In this document: positions 32,443 through 44,300 of the stretch, in pieces
How positions within the stretch are numbered: the first letter of the stretch is position 1
How the letters are laid out: the number at the start of each line of letters is the position of its first letter
Source of the DNA: a virus
Reading direction: 5' to 3' (one strand)
Length of the DNA stretch: 64,000 nucleotides
Virus record (IMG/VR): IMGVR_UViG_3300035698_031273
Coordinates: 43,070 to 107,069 of that record
The notes under the pieces: generated by a model
Told to the model about the DNA's origin: nothing
Seen by the model: only the letters and a program-made list of their open reading frames with translations
Database searches by the model: none
Program-made: the position numbers and the translations under genes

Positions 32443-34326
32443 ATGGTGGATGAGTTAATAATGCCTACTGGAGAATATGATAATTGCGAATATGGTTACA
32501 GATGTTGGAATCTTATAAATAAATCAGTTGGTTTTTGGAAGATGGAAGATAATGTAGCAAATACTGATGTTACTGATAGTTTATATGATAATACCGGATT
32601 TGCCAGTTGCGATACAAATACTATTAGTGTAGATGGAAAAATAGGCAGATGTTTCAATTTTGATGGATGGTCGGTATATCTTTCTATGCCTCGGTGGGAT
32701 TTTATTAATAGTGGATATGACTATTCTGTTTCTTTGTGGCTAAACGCAGAAATCATAACTGGTGGAACTATATGGCAACTGGCTATGGAAAGTGGGGAAT
32801 ATACAGGATTAAAAATTAGTGCCGCTGGGCAACTTATTTATAGTGGTTTAGATTCCGATGGAGCACTTTTGGGGAATTATACTACCATAGTGGCTGATAC
32901 TTGGTATCATGTTGTTTGTGCATTTGATTCTAGTTCGGGTGTTTCTTATCTATATGTTAATGGGGTATTATATGATGATTTTCTTCATGCAGTATTGGGA
33001 GCTAATACGTCTTATTTGTATGTAGGTATTTCTATGAGTGCCCCTGGAGTTATTAGCGATTATTTTAATGGGAAAATAGATGAGTTTAGTGTTTTCAATT
33101 ATACTTTATCACAAGAAGAAGTTCTAGATTTGTATAATTATGGAAATGGAACAGAGGGACTTTTAGGGGGAGGTAGGTATTATCTTTATAAAGATGAATC
33201 TATAACGGTAAACGAAACCAAATCAATAGAATTGATTTGTAATGACGACGAAAGTGCATCTGTTATTGTTGGTGATAATATACATTTTGTTGGACAAGAT
33301 AATGGTAAATTAGTATGGGATATTGGAGGAGAGAACGAATATACTTTTTATAGTACTACTGCAAAAGAGGGAGAAGAAATACGGAGAAGATCTGGTGATC
33401 AAGAATTTGTGGTAAAATGGATTGGAATTGGTAGTCAATTATTTGATGTGATTTTGTATAATTCTGCTGTCAAACGGGCACAAATATTTGATATTAATAG
33501 TTCTTTTATACCAACTAAATCATCTCTTTATCTAAGGAGATCTGGTTTAGATGTGGCAAGTTTTTTTACTATTAATGATTTTTCTCCTCTTATTATAGAT
33601 GCTAGTAATTTTTTAAATTTACAACAAAATGGTTATAGACTTATGTTGAACGATACGTACACTGACTATACTGGAAATGGATTTATGGAAGTGGTTAGGG
33701 GAAACTCAACCAGTAGATATCCAATTGCTGAATATCCCATAAGAGCAACTAGTCCAGGATTGTTTTATTTGTATGTTAGAGGTCAAGCATTAATGGCAGA
33801 ATATAAATTTGATGTTTTAATAGACAATAATGTGGTTTCTTCTATTAGTGAAACTTTTGCATTCCCTTCAACTCAATGGAGATGGTTTAGTACTTCTTTT
33901 GTTATTCCCGATACTTTAACTCATACCCTTGGGATTAGGATGAATGCTGATGAAACAACTTTAGATCAGTTATATATATCAGCAATAGATGATCCTACTT
34001 TATTTGTTGATGATTATTCTGCTTCTTTATCAATTAGTCCTTTTGTAACTTTACATGCTAATTTATATAAGGTAGATAATGATTATAACATTTTAGAAAG
34101 ATTTTTTATATATGATTGCAAAAATACTATTGAGGATATTCGTGGAGATGGGTGGTATAATTTTGATTTACAATTATTTGGTGATGATGCTCCCGATTTT
34201 ACTGAAAAAGCAGCAATTGTTTTTTCAACCAGTGGAGACAATATGACTAATTATATTGTTTGGGAATTTTCTACTACTGAAGATGGTAATCCTTATTATT
34301 TATTACCATCGGCTGTAAAGGTGTAA
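32443..34326 (+). CDS. LamG plus carbohydrate-binding-module-like virion protein
   Basis: VGFWKMED, GKIGRCFNFDG, SVSLWLN, WYHVVCAF, FNGKIDEFSVFNYTLS. Confidence 0.75.
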   Translation: MVDELIMPTGEYDNCEYGYRCWNLINKSVGFWKMEDNVANTDVTDSLYDNTGFASCDTNTISVDGKIGRCFNFDGWSVYLSMPRWDFINSGYDYSVSLWLNAEIITGGTIWQLAMESGEYTGLKISAAGQLIYSGLDSDGALLGNYTTIVADTWYHVVCAFDSSSGVSYLYVNGVLYDDFLHAVLGANTSYLYVGISMSAPGVISDYFNGKIDEFSVFNYTLSQEEVLDLYNYGNGTEGLLGGGRYYLYKDESITVNETKSIELICNDDESASVIVGDNIHFVGQDNGKLVWDIGGENEYTFYSTTAKEGEEIRRRSGDQEFVVKWIGIGSQLFDVILYNSAVKRAQIFDINSSFIPTKSSLYLRRSGLDVASFFTINDFSPLIIDASNFLNLQQNGYRLMLNDTYTDYTGNGFMEVVRGNSTSRYPIAEYPIRATSPGLFYLYVRGQALMAEYKFDVLIDNNVVSSISETFAFPSTQWRWFSTSFVIPDTLTHTLGIRMNADETTLDQLYISAIDDPTLFVDDYSASLSISPFVTLHANLYKVDNDYNILERFFIYDCKNTIEDIRGDGWYNFDLQLFGDDAPDFTEKAAIVFSTSGDNMTNYIVWEFSTTEDGNPYYLLPSAVKV

Positions 34327-34328
34327 AA

Positions 34329-35594
34329 ATGACTGATATAGGAAGAACAGATATTGTTAAGATTTCTAGTCCTGTATCATCAAATTATCTTCAATTTGGT
34401 CAGAGTATTTCGATGTGGGGCAATTATATTGCTGTTGGTGCTATAATGGATAGAAATGATGCTGGAACAAGAACAGGTGTTGTTTATTTGTATCAAAAAG
34501 ATGGTACTTATGTTCGTAAAATAGTTCCATCTGATGGAGTGGTAAATGGCTATTTTGGAATTAGTGTTTGTTTGTATGAGGATTATTTGATTGTTGGATC
34601 TCATGGAAAAAACAATAGGGCAGGGGGTGCTTATTTGTATAAAATAAGTGACACTGGTTTTGAAGATATAGAAACATTTGGTGGTGTTGCAAATTCATAT
34701 TTTGGATGGAGAGTAAAAATATATGATGGGACAATTTTAATTTCAGCACCTTATTCTGAGGATACAGAAGGAAGAGCTTATGTATATACTTATGATACTT
34801 TAGGTATGACTTTATCTTATCAAATTGTTGCCTCAGATGCTAAGTGGGGAGATCGTTTTGGCTATGCAATAGATCTTTTGGGAGACAATATAATAATTAC
34901 AGCACCATCTCAGGAATATCCAGCACCAGATCCATCTGAAGATACTATATGGATAGACCCTTATACTCCTTATGAGGGACCAGATCCTCGAGCATATTTG
35001 TATAAAGTTAGTGATAATCTTTATGAAAGAATTATTCGTCCATCAGTATTTCGTTATGATAGTAGATTCGGACAATCTTGTTCAACATATGGAGATACAA
35101 TTGTAGTAGGAGAGCCTAAAGCAAGAAATTATGAAGATAGGGAAGTAGGGGCAATAAATTTTTTCAGTATATCAGACTCATCTTATAATAAAAAAATATT
35201 TGATGCTGTTAACACTTCTTCTAGTTTTCTTTCTACGAGTAACTTTGCTTATAGGCTTTCTGTTACTTCTGATTATATCTTTGTTGGGGATACTGAGTAT
35301 TATAGAGATGGTTCTATTATTGGTTGCGTAGCTGTTTTTGATTATAATGAAAATTTATTAGGAAGAATAACCACTAGTCAGGTTAGTGATGGTTCTAATT
35401 TTTCTTATGGTTTATGTTCTTTTGGTCCTTATATAGGGATTACGGCTCCTCTTGATTCTTATTCTGGTTATACAAACATTGGTTCGGCTTTTATCGTTAG
35501 AATGGACGGGAGTATTTTTTTCCCTACTGAAATAACAACATTGCAAATGATAGACTACTACAAAGGCTTAGGAGGTCAGTCTTCAGATGGATAA
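34329..35594 (+). CDS. FG-GAP repeat (integrin-alpha-like) beta-propeller protein
   Basis: About seven repeats of FG.SV.....IxVGAP....G.AY.Y (FGQSIS..IAVGA, FGISV..LIVGS, FGWRV..LISAP, FGYAI..IITAP, FGQSC..VVGEP). Confidence 0.85.
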   Translation: MTDIGRTDIVKISSPVSSNYLQFGQSISMWGNYIAVGAIMDRNDAGTRTGVVYLYQKDGTYVRKIVPSDGVVNGYFGISVCLYEDYLIVGSHGKNNRAGGAYLYKISDTGFEDIETFGGVANSYFGWRVKIYDGTILISAPYSEDTEGRAYVYTYDTLGMTLSYQIVASDAKWGDRFGYAIDLLGDNIIITAPSQEYPAPDPSEDTIWIDPYTPYEGPDPRAYLYKVSDNLYERIIRPSVFRYDSRFGQSCSTYGDTIVVGEPKARNYEDREVGAINFFSISDSSYNKKIFDAVNTSSSFLSTSNFAYRLSVTSDYIFVGDTEYYRDGSIIGCVAVFDYNENLLGRITTSQVSDGSNFSYGLCSFGPYIGITAPLDSYSGYTNIGSAFIVRMDGSIFFPTEITTLQMIDYYKGLGGQSSDG

Positions 35595-38500
35595 AAATAC
35601 TTGGCTTTTAGATTTTGACAGAACACATGCTTTTACCATTTATTCAGATTTTGATGCATGGGACGAAGATAACATAAGCATAACAATTCCTCCTGAAAGC
35701 GAAGATACACTTCATTTAACAAGATTTTCGGATCTTCTTGGGCAAGAATTTTATCGTACAAAAATAACAGAGGATGGAGATTCTGAAATTGTAGAGTTGA
35801 ATTTAGACGAAAGACTTATTACTCTTGTTGTTGATCAGAGTGGAAGTATGACTTGGAATGATAATTCTTCTTTACGTCATGAATTAGTTAAAGATATGAT
35901 TAATGTTTTAAGTGCTACTTATCCTGGTAATATTAAATATAATCTGGTAGAATTTGGTGGGACACCAGTACAAATATTTTTCTATGGTATGGTGGTAGAC
36001 TACAGTATAGAAGATTCAAATATTATTTCTTTAAATTCTCAAATATTTGGTGACGCTGATAATAATTTTGCTGGAGTTAGGGTGGTTAGAAAAATAGGTT
36101 CTTATCCAAATGATCCTCTTGATGGAGATATTGTTACAGAAGGGCTTATGACCAAGGCATTAGATGAAAATTTAACTCCTGGAACAAGATATTACTATAC
36201 ATTATTTACTTATGATTCTAATTATGTTTTTAGTAATGGAATTAGAATTTCTGCTGTTCCAATAACAAGAGAAATACCGAGGGGAATTTCTCTTATAAAT
36301 TATGATATTTATAAAGGAACAGGAGTTATAAGAGATGACAATACTGTTGGATTATGGCATTTTGATGAGCAGAAAGGAAGCATGGTATATGATTTTTCTG
36401 ACTCAAAAATAGATCTTCTTTTGAATGGAAATGAAGTTTGGTATCAAGCAGATCAGGTTGCTTCTGGAATTTCTGGTATCAGATTTAATGGAGTTAATAC
36501 ATATCTATATTCTGATGAATTAAATACTGAACAGACATTGTCTGATGAAATTACAATTATGGCATTTATATTTCCTTATGAAGTTTATGATCCTTCTCCC
36601 GATCCATCTATCGATAATCCATCTGAGGACGAAATAAGTTATCCAATAGTTGTAAGACAAAATGTTAGTAGAATCAATTATGTTTTTTATATGTCAAATG
36701 ATAGACTTGGTTTTTCTAATGGTGTAACTAATGTAGTTTCTGATGAAGGAGTTCTTAGAGAAAATGAATGGAATCATGTTTCAGTAACATGTAATTTTTT
36801 AACAGGATTAACTATATTTTATGTTAATGGGGTTGATGTGGGACAAGAAGTTTTATCTACTATTGGTACTGCAGCTAATCTAATGGAACTTATGTATACT
36901 GATATAGGATACGATAGATATTCTAAAACAACAAGTCTTCAATATTTTTGGGGCAGAATATGCGAAGTAAGTATTCATAATACTGTTAGAAATAATGATT
37001 ATATTTTAAGTTATTCTGATAGCAATTTAGATGACAATTATAAGATGATAAAATCTGAGAACGAATTAGATAATGGAGACAGATTAGTTCTTTTGAAGTA
37101 TGCTATCCCTGAGGATTTTAATTTTTCAGGTGGTTCTGTAAAAATCATAAAAAGCGAAAAAAATATTCCGTCGTGGGATGGAGATCAAGATAGTACAATT
37201 TTATTATCGAGAAATCATAATACATATGGATTTTTCTATACCACTGATACAGATGATTTTGCTTTAGGTGAGACATATTATTATAGGATTTATTCTGAGA
37301 ATGTTTTGGGGAATGTTAGTTATCCTTCTGATTCTCCTTCTATTGAGGTGCAAATTCCAGAAATTTCTCAATTAGATTATTTACCATCTATTTCTCTTAC
37401 AAGTGTTCCGTCTAATTTAATTGTTAGACCTGGTAATACAAAGGCATATTTGGAATGGAATAATGGAATACAGGATGACGTATCAAGAATAAAAATTTAT
37501 CATTCTTATAATTCCTATCCTATTGTTGATACTAATGGAGAATCAAGTGGAACATTAGTTTACACTGGATTTTCGGGAGATAATGAATATGTTCATAGAT
37601 ATGTTGAAAATGACAGGAGATCTTATTATACAGTATATTATTTAGATAAATATAAACGTCCTTCTGAGTTAGATGATGATATTTTATCTATAAGTGGAAG
37701 TGTGATGCCGACTCATGATAGCAATGACATTGGTATTCCATTGATGGAAGTTGAAAATGTTTATTATGAATTGGTTAATAATGATTCAATAAGTATTTCT
37801 TGGGAGCATCCTGTAGGGTTTCAAAAAGATATAAGCGGATATTTAGATCAGAAAGTATTATTTTATGCTGCTGTTACAAATCAGTATGGAGTACTTATAG
37901 AAGATCAAATATCAGTTACGATGGAAATTGTTCCTAATATCTTGAGGCAAGATCAGGCAGAAGATGTTTTTATTAATAGAAATGCTTCTGATGTCACAGA
38001 TAAAGATCTTTATCAATTTTCCGTTAGTGAAGATGAGACATCTGGTTTTGTTAAAGGTACGTTGACGATGACCATGGATTCTTATTTTCTCGGTGTAATT
38101 TCTGAAGCCTCTTTTTCAGTAAGGGTTACTTGTCGTATACCTGATAGTAGTGGCACAGGGGATTTATTTTCTTTTAAATCTGATTTTATAACTGTTAGTC
38201 TAGATAATCCATGGGATATAGAATTAATAAATAGGGACAATTTGCAGGTAACTGAAAAATGTTATATTGTGGAATCTGGACAATCTAGTAAAGCTTTTGG
38301 AGGTCTTCTTTCTGTGGCTGAAAGGCCAGATAGGTTGATTAGATCGTTGCAAACTTTTAATGGAATATATATCAGATCGGAAAACCCATTTACAGCACGT
38401 GCTATTTTGACTTATAGAGGAGATTCTTTATCAAGAGAAATAAGTGTTGACGTAGCGGCCTGGGAATCTGAAATGAATCTTTGTGCTTATGCTTCTTCAG

Positions 38501-41340
38501 ATGTGCAATATGAAGGACAGAGAATAAGACCAAGTACACTTGTTGTTCCACCATCTACTACAATGAAAACAAAAAATCAGACAATGGAAATTTTTAATGA
38601 AGAAGGAGAGGTTATTCAACAAAAAAGAGTTTCTATTGTTGATATTCCTTTGTATGCTCCAGATTCTATTCATGCAATTCAATTGTATGTAAAAGGTAGT
38701 CAAGGAGGATTTACATCTGTTAAAAATATGTATATTTTATTTCAAAGTATACTTAATTTAGATATAACTGTTGATGCACCTATGCCTGATGGATTTAGTG
38801 TATCTGAGCAGTTTGCAAGTGCATGGATAGTTGATCCTGATGATCCAACTGATGAAAACAAAACAACTGTTCCGGTAGATGGAAGTATTGTTAGTTGGAA
38901 TATTTTAAAAAGAGACAGGGCTGTAGATAGACCTTTTTATTCACTAGAAGAGGTTTCTCCAGAGACATATATAGACGGAGTATTTAGTATAATTAGAAGT
39001 GGAACAGCAAGAAATGTCTTTTTTGGACCTGCTACTGATGTTGCATATCCTTTTGAACAATATGAAATTAATGCTACTATTATGTATGATAATTTGGTAC
39101 AGATAGCCAGGGGTTTTGTTGAGATATATGGGTCGGAGGAAAACTCACCATTATCTTTTGGACAAAGATTTTTAATGGAATTAGATAGTACAGATAGTGG
39201 CAAATTTCCCCGATTAAATCCTCAGCAAATTTGGGCTGATGGGATAGATTATGCTAAGTTGATAATAAGTAGAGATAGCAATAGTTCCACTACACGATGG
39301 TCATTATGTTTTAGAACTTGTGCTGCTCAAGCTGGAAGAGATTTGATTGAATTAAGTTCTAATCAGATTATGGAACTTATATCAGAAAATTCAAACGTAG
39401 AGTTTGTTTGGGGAAATGTTAGTGAATATCAAGACCCTTATACTGGTAGGTGGACACTTCTTGAGGGCTCTGGTAGTTATACAAGCAAAGGACAAGCAAC
39501 AATAGAACTGGAAAATGAAGATATTTCAGATACAACGTCTATTTATTTAAGAATTAATCAAAATGTAGGGAAGAGACCTAGTTCGTTGGTACAATGTGAT
39601 AAAACAGTAGAAATAAATCCTTGTGATTGTTTAAATCTTACAGGTTGCGACATAGCTTTAAATGGTGACATTGTTATATCAGGTAGCACTTCTGTATATA
39701 TTGAAAATAATCCTTTTACCGTTATGGGAGGAGGAAGCATGACCATTGGCGTGCCTCCTACTATGTTGTCTCCGTATGAACCTTTAAAAGTTAGGTTGAT
39801 AAGCAGAACGGTAAATGGGATTGAATATACTAATGTTGGAAAAGAATCTTTTTACAGTATGACATTGGAAGAATCTGCTAGTATTGGTATTACGGTAGAA
39901 GTGTCTTTTAGAGATGAAAATGTGCCAGATGGAACTTTTGTTTTTGTTGTAATAGGTAATAATGATGGAATAAGTAAACTGACAGCACAAAATAATCGAG
40001 TAACGACATATACTGATTTAATTTCTATGAAGAGTTATGCTGATATTGTTATTTTGCCAACAAAAATTCCGAAGGACACATTTATGGAAAATGTAAAAAT
40101 ATTATGCACTTATGATGAATTAGGAATAGTTGAAAGGAATGAATATATAGAAATGTTTATTACTATAAGGGGAACTGATGATGTAGTACCACCTGCTGAA
40201 ATAGAGGATCCAGTGGTACCAGAAGAAATTATTCCTGAAAATAATATATTTTCTGGTACGGTTGAAAGATATAATATAGAAGATGATATTTGGACAACAA
40301 TTGAAGGGATGAGAGAATCTAGGGGGAATGCGGTTATTGAGTTTGTAAACGGATATCTTTATGTTATTGGAGGGTTGAACCAAAATGTAATATCTCGTAC
40401 AAATGAAGAATATTATTTATTTACCGATGAATGGACAACAAAGATAAGTATGCCTACAGCTAGATTTGGAGCATCTTCTGTGGTAATAGGTAATATAATT
40501 TATGTAATAGGAGGTATTAAAGAAGATGCTTATAGTGGAGAAAGGGTTGTTTCAACAGACGTAGAGGCATATAATATTGTTACTGATGAATGGATAACTC
40601 TTTCAAATATGCCAACAATTGATGAAACCGAAGATTATGGAGTTGCTTTTTGTGTTACGGAACATATTGTGATTTCTGGGCAAGATTATATATTTATATT
40701 ATCAGGAATAAAAAGAATAAATAGAAACGAACAAGTTGTTGATTATAATGATCGTATTTTGTATTATCATGTAAATAATAATTCTTGGAGTTATAGTGAA
40801 GTATTATCTGTATATTCATTAGAATTATATAAGCGTATTTCTCCCGTTAGTATTGTAGACGGTAGTCAAATAATTGTATTTGGAGGAAGTATTCAAAATT
40901 CTGATAATAGTTATAATCTTAGGCAAGAAGTTTATTCTTGTAATGTCTCTTCTCCTGATGTTTCTTCTCTTGATGTTTCTCTTGCAGATAATAAATTTCA
41001 ACAATTTCCTGAATTTAGAACATATGCTTCATTGGTTTTAGATAGTGATAATAATAATTATTATGTTCTAGGAGGTTCTAATAATAAGTCTGAGCAATTA
41101 AAGTATATGGAGAAAATATTTTCGTTAAATGATATATTTGAAGTTACTCTTATTTCTGATATGCCAGTAGCCAAAACAGGTATATCGTGTGTTGTTGGAA
41201 CGATAGATGACGAAGATCCTTATTCATATTCTTCGTCTAAGTATGAATATTTAGACAAGCCACATATTTTTGTGGTAGGGGGATATACTAGCGGAAATGA
41301 AAATGGATTTATTAATATTGGTTTAGGTTTTGAATTGTGA
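35587..41340 (+). CDS. Giant virion protein: N-terminal half of vWA, LamG, FN3-like units, C-terminal Kelch propeller
   Basis: LVVDQSGSMTWND (MIDAS DxSxS); VGLWHFDE..WNHVSV LamG; Kelch repeats LYVIGG, IYVIGG, IIVFGG, YYVLGG, IFVVGG. Confidence 0.75.
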   Translation: MDKNTWLLDFDRTHAFTIYSDFDAWDEDNISITIPPESEDTLHLTRFSDLLGQEFYRTKITEDGDSEIVELNLDERLITLVVDQSGSMTWNDNSSLRHELVKDMINVLSATYPGNIKYNLVEFGGTPVQIFFYGMVVDYSIEDSNIISLNSQIFGDADNNFAGVRVVRKIGSYPNDPLDGDIVTEGLMTKALDENLTPGTRYYYTLFTYDSNYVFSNGIRISAVPITREIPRGISLINYDIYKGTGVIRDDNTVGLWHFDEQKGSMVYDFSDSKIDLLLNGNEVWYQADQVASGISGIRFNGVNTYLYSDELNTEQTLSDEITIMAFIFPYEVYDPSPDPSIDNPSEDEISYPIVVRQNVSRINYVFYMSNDRLGFSNGVTNVVSDEGVLRENEWNHVSVTCNFLTGLTIFYVNGVDVGQEVLSTIGTAANLMELMYTDIGYDRYSKTTSLQYFWGRICEVSIHNTVRNNDYILSYSDSNLDDNYKMIKSENELDNGDRLVLLKYAIPEDFNFSGGSVKIIKSEKNIPSWDGDQDSTILLSRNHNTYGFFYTTDTDDFALGETYYYRIYSENVLGNVSYPSDSPSIEVQIPEISQLDYLPSISLTSVPSNLIVRPGNTKAYLEWNNGIQDDVSRIKIYHSYNSYPIVDTNGESSGTLVYTGFSGDNEYVHRYVENDRRSYYTVYYLDKYKRPSELDDDILSISGSVMPTHDSNDIGIPLMEVENVYYELVNNDSISISWEHPVGFQKDISGYLDQKVLFYAAVTNQYGVLIEDQISVTMEIVPNILRQDQAEDVFINRNASDVTDKDLYQFSVSEDETSGFVKGTLTMTMDSYFLGVISEASFSVRVTCRIPDSSGTGDLFSFKSDFITVSLDNPWDIELINRDNLQVTEKCYIVESGQSSKAFGGLLSVAERPDRLIRSLQTFNGIYIRSENPFTARAILTYRGDSLSREISVDVAAWESEMNLCAYASSDVQYEGQRIRPSTLVVPPSTTMKTKNQTMEIFNEEGEVIQQKRVSIVDIPLYAPDSIHAIQLYVKGSQGGFTSVKNMYILFQSILNLDITVDAPMPDGFSVSEQFASAWIVDPDDPTDENKTTVPVDGSIVSWNILKRDRAVDRPFYSLEEVSPETYIDGVFSIIRSGTARNVFFGPATDVAYPFEQYEINATIMYDNLVQIARGFVEIYGSEENSPLSFGQRFLMELDSTDSGKFPRLNPQQIWADGIDYAKLIISRDSNSSTTRWSLCFRTCAAQAGRDLIELSSNQIMELISENSNVEFVWGNVSEYQDPYTGRWTLLEGSGSYTSKGQATIELENEDISDTTSIYLRINQNVGKRPSSLVQCDKTVEINPCDCLNLTGCDIALNGDIVISGSTSVYIENNPFTVMGGGSMTIGVPPTMLSPYEPLKVRLISRTVNGIEYTNVGKESFYSMTLEESASIGITVEVSFRDENVPDGTFVFVVIGNNDGISKLTAQNNRVTTYTDLISMKSYADIVILPTKIPKDTFMENVKILCTYDELGIVERNEYIEMFITIRGTDDVVPPAEIEDPVVPEEIIPENNIFSGTVERYNIEDDIWTTIEGMRESRGNAVIEFVNGYLYVIGGLNQNVISRTNEEYYLFTDEWTTKISMPTARFGASSVVIGNIIYVIGGIKEDAYSGERVVSTDVEAYNIVTDEWITLSNMPTIDETEDYGVAFCVTEHIVISGQDYIFILSGIKRINRNEQVVDYNDRILYYHVNNNSWSYSEVLSVYSLELYKRISPVSIVDGSQIIVFGGSIQNSDNSYNLRQEVYSCNVSSPDVSSLDVSLADNKFQQFPEFRTYASLVLDSDNNNYYVLGGSNNKSEQLKYMEKIFSLNDIFEVTLISDMPVAKTGISCVVGTIDDEDPYSYSSSKYEYLDKPHIFVVGGYTSGNENGFINIGLGFEL

Positions 41341-44300
41341 TTTTAACTCAACGTATAAAATTAGATGGCAAACGCTCTTCAAGTTTTGTTATTACTTTAA
41401 GAGATGATGGAGGGGAGTTAATTACTTCTAATGTATTATTGTTGGTAAGAGGATTTCTAAAATTTTCTTCATCAAGTAATACAAGTGAAAATGTCAATCA
41501 ACAGGATGCTGTTAATTTATTAACGGAAAGATCAGTAGTTTATCCCGTATTATTTGCAGAAAAAGAAGTTGTTTCTAGAGATGGTAAAGCTGTAATTACT
41601 TTATTGCCACGATCTGAAGATATTTTACAAAGTACTTCAGAGATATTATCCGGGTTAGGTTTAACTGTTAGTATTGAATCTGGTGAAACATCTAATGATA
41701 CTGGTGTTGGAATTGGCAGTTTGGTAATTGTTCATGGGCAAGAGAGGGTACCATATAGCATAGAGGTTGAAATAACGGTTTTGGATGTAGATTATTATGG
41801 GCAGACGACTAATTCTGATGGAGAAAGCAATGAAAGAGTGAGTAGATTTGCTGGCTTAGCTTTGCAACAAGGCAATAATGTTTCCATAGAATGTTATAGC
41901 GACATTGAATGGATACCAACAGTTTCTAAAAGGATATTTGATAACGAGGGGAGTGTATCTGAGATATTAAATATTATTGATAATATGTCGTATGAGGTGC
42001 CTTTTGGTGGATCTCCATTGTATGATGCTTTAATTGTTTCTTCTGAATTTTTGTCTGATAATAGCATTGATAATTTACAGAAGATTTTATATGTATTAAC
42101 TGACAATGAAAGTAATCTTTCCTTTTATTCAATTGATGATGCTATAGAACAAATAAATGCTATTGATGGACAGGGAAAGGTTCCATCTTTAATAGGAAAT
42201 TTTTCAGTTGTATCTCCTATAACTTTGTCAGCCAAAGCAAATATTACAGATGTAAATAATCTTTTAAAAATAGCCTACATGACTGGTGGACAAAGTGTAA
42301 CAGTTCTTTCTGAACAATATAAAGATGAATTAGTAAGTATTTTTTTGGGTCAAACCACGGGTTCTGTGGGTTATGGAGAATATAAATTTACTGTTGACTT
42401 AGAAACTCAGGTTACTTTAAATACTGTGTCTCTTATTTTTGTTATGCCAGAAAATACCTCAGTTGAATGGAGTATGAGCATTGGTACTGATGGATATAAT
42501 TTTGTTGATGTTGATGGCACATATAATTCAGATAGTAATGTAAATATGGAAGGGGTAAATGCCAGGTATATTAAATTTTCAGTAATATTTATAACTGGGT
42601 TTTTTTCAGTTGAAAGTTTAGATGATCCTTATTATAGTCCGTCTTTGGCTAATTCTCCCCAGTTAGTAGAGTGTATATTTACATATAATAAAGAAAAAAT
42701 ATCTTATCTTATTCTTAATTCAGAAAATACTGTGTCTACTCCACAGAATGTTGTTCTTTGCACTGACGTAAATAATATTGATGGAATTAATTCAAGTCAA
42801 ATAAAAGCTGGAGTAACTACTTCTGATAGTCATAATTGGCTTGATTTTGATTTATCTTCTCAACAAGCCGTAGATCAGGATGGCAAAACTATTATTCCTG
42901 TTAGATTTTCTTCTAGTGATGATGAACTTTCTTCTGAGTATGCATATAAAATAGATAAATATGCTTATATGGTTAAATATGGTAGATGGAATTATGATGC
43001 CGTTGTTATAGTATATGATAGTAATAGTAATGTAATTAATCCAACTTTGTACAAGGTGTCCCCACGTGATGGTTTGATAGTATTTGATTCTTATCGTAGT
43101 GAGGCACAACTTACCATAAATATTATAGATCAGGCAAAAATTAAACCAGGATTTAGATTTTCTAATGTTGATTCTTCTCAAACTATTAGAATAGATGGGT
43201 TGGGATATATGTATAATACTAATATTAATTTATCTCCACCAGTGGAAAAATTGCCTCCAGAAGCTACGAATTTATTTGTTTTACCTGCAAAACCAGAAAT
43301 TTATCAACCAATTTTTTCTAATTATACTTTTTATGATATCAATTTTGATCAGGAGGATACTACAGGACGTATTATAAAATGGTATATTAATGACGTTTAT
43401 ATTCCTTATTTAGATGACATAACTAAGTGGAACGATATTACAGACCCTAATGATCCTATATATGAATATGTGTTTACCTTTACTTATGATGAAGTTCCAT
43501 CTGGCAGAACTGTTGAATCTTATGCTAGAGAAAAGAAAGAGTCTCTTTTATATGTGGGAGATATGATTCATTTTACTATAAAAGTTACTGATGGACAATT
43601 ATTTAGTCCATCTACAAAATCTCCTATTGTTACCGTTGTGGAAGGACAGCCTATTGTATCGGTTGCTAAGATATGGGCTATGGATGAAGAAGGAAATCTA
43701 TATGATCCATCAACAAGTGATGTTTCAGATAGACTTTCTTCTGATAGAAGTGCTGTTCTGGTTTATACTCTTATAAGTGATATTGATACTGATAGTTCTG
43801 AAATTATATGGTATGTAAATGAAGCTGAATTTAAAAAAGGAACAATTGTTTCTACTGAGAATATTGATAGGATTCTTAAGGGAGAGACAAATGAAGATAA
43901 TGTTGTAGCACTTCGTATTAGTAATGAAATTTATGCTAAAATAATTCCTTATACTGGAAGTAAAGAGGGACAAGCAATAACTACTGATACTGTGGTGGTG
44001 AAAAATTCTTTACCAGAAATAACTAGTATTATTTTTGCTAAAACTCCTAGAGCAGATGAGGACATGGTTCTTGTTTGGGAATTTTATGATTATGAAATAG
44101 ATGGCTTAAGTGACGATGGGCAGTCTAACAATACGAGAGTAGAGTGGTATAAATATGATGATGGTCTTCAAAAGTTTCAGTTAGTTACAGATAATAATAA
44201 TATTTTTACTATAATACCTAACAGCACCAGTACTGTTGGTTCAGAAATTCTTGAAGCTGGTCAGATATGGAAAGCCAGGGTAACTCCAAATGATTCTTTG

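Noticed and set aside
41325-41345. Programmed -1 frameshift fusing 35587 and 41337
   Set aside because: No slippery heptamer, and the downstream frame has a TGA at 41331-41333, leaving almost no shift window.
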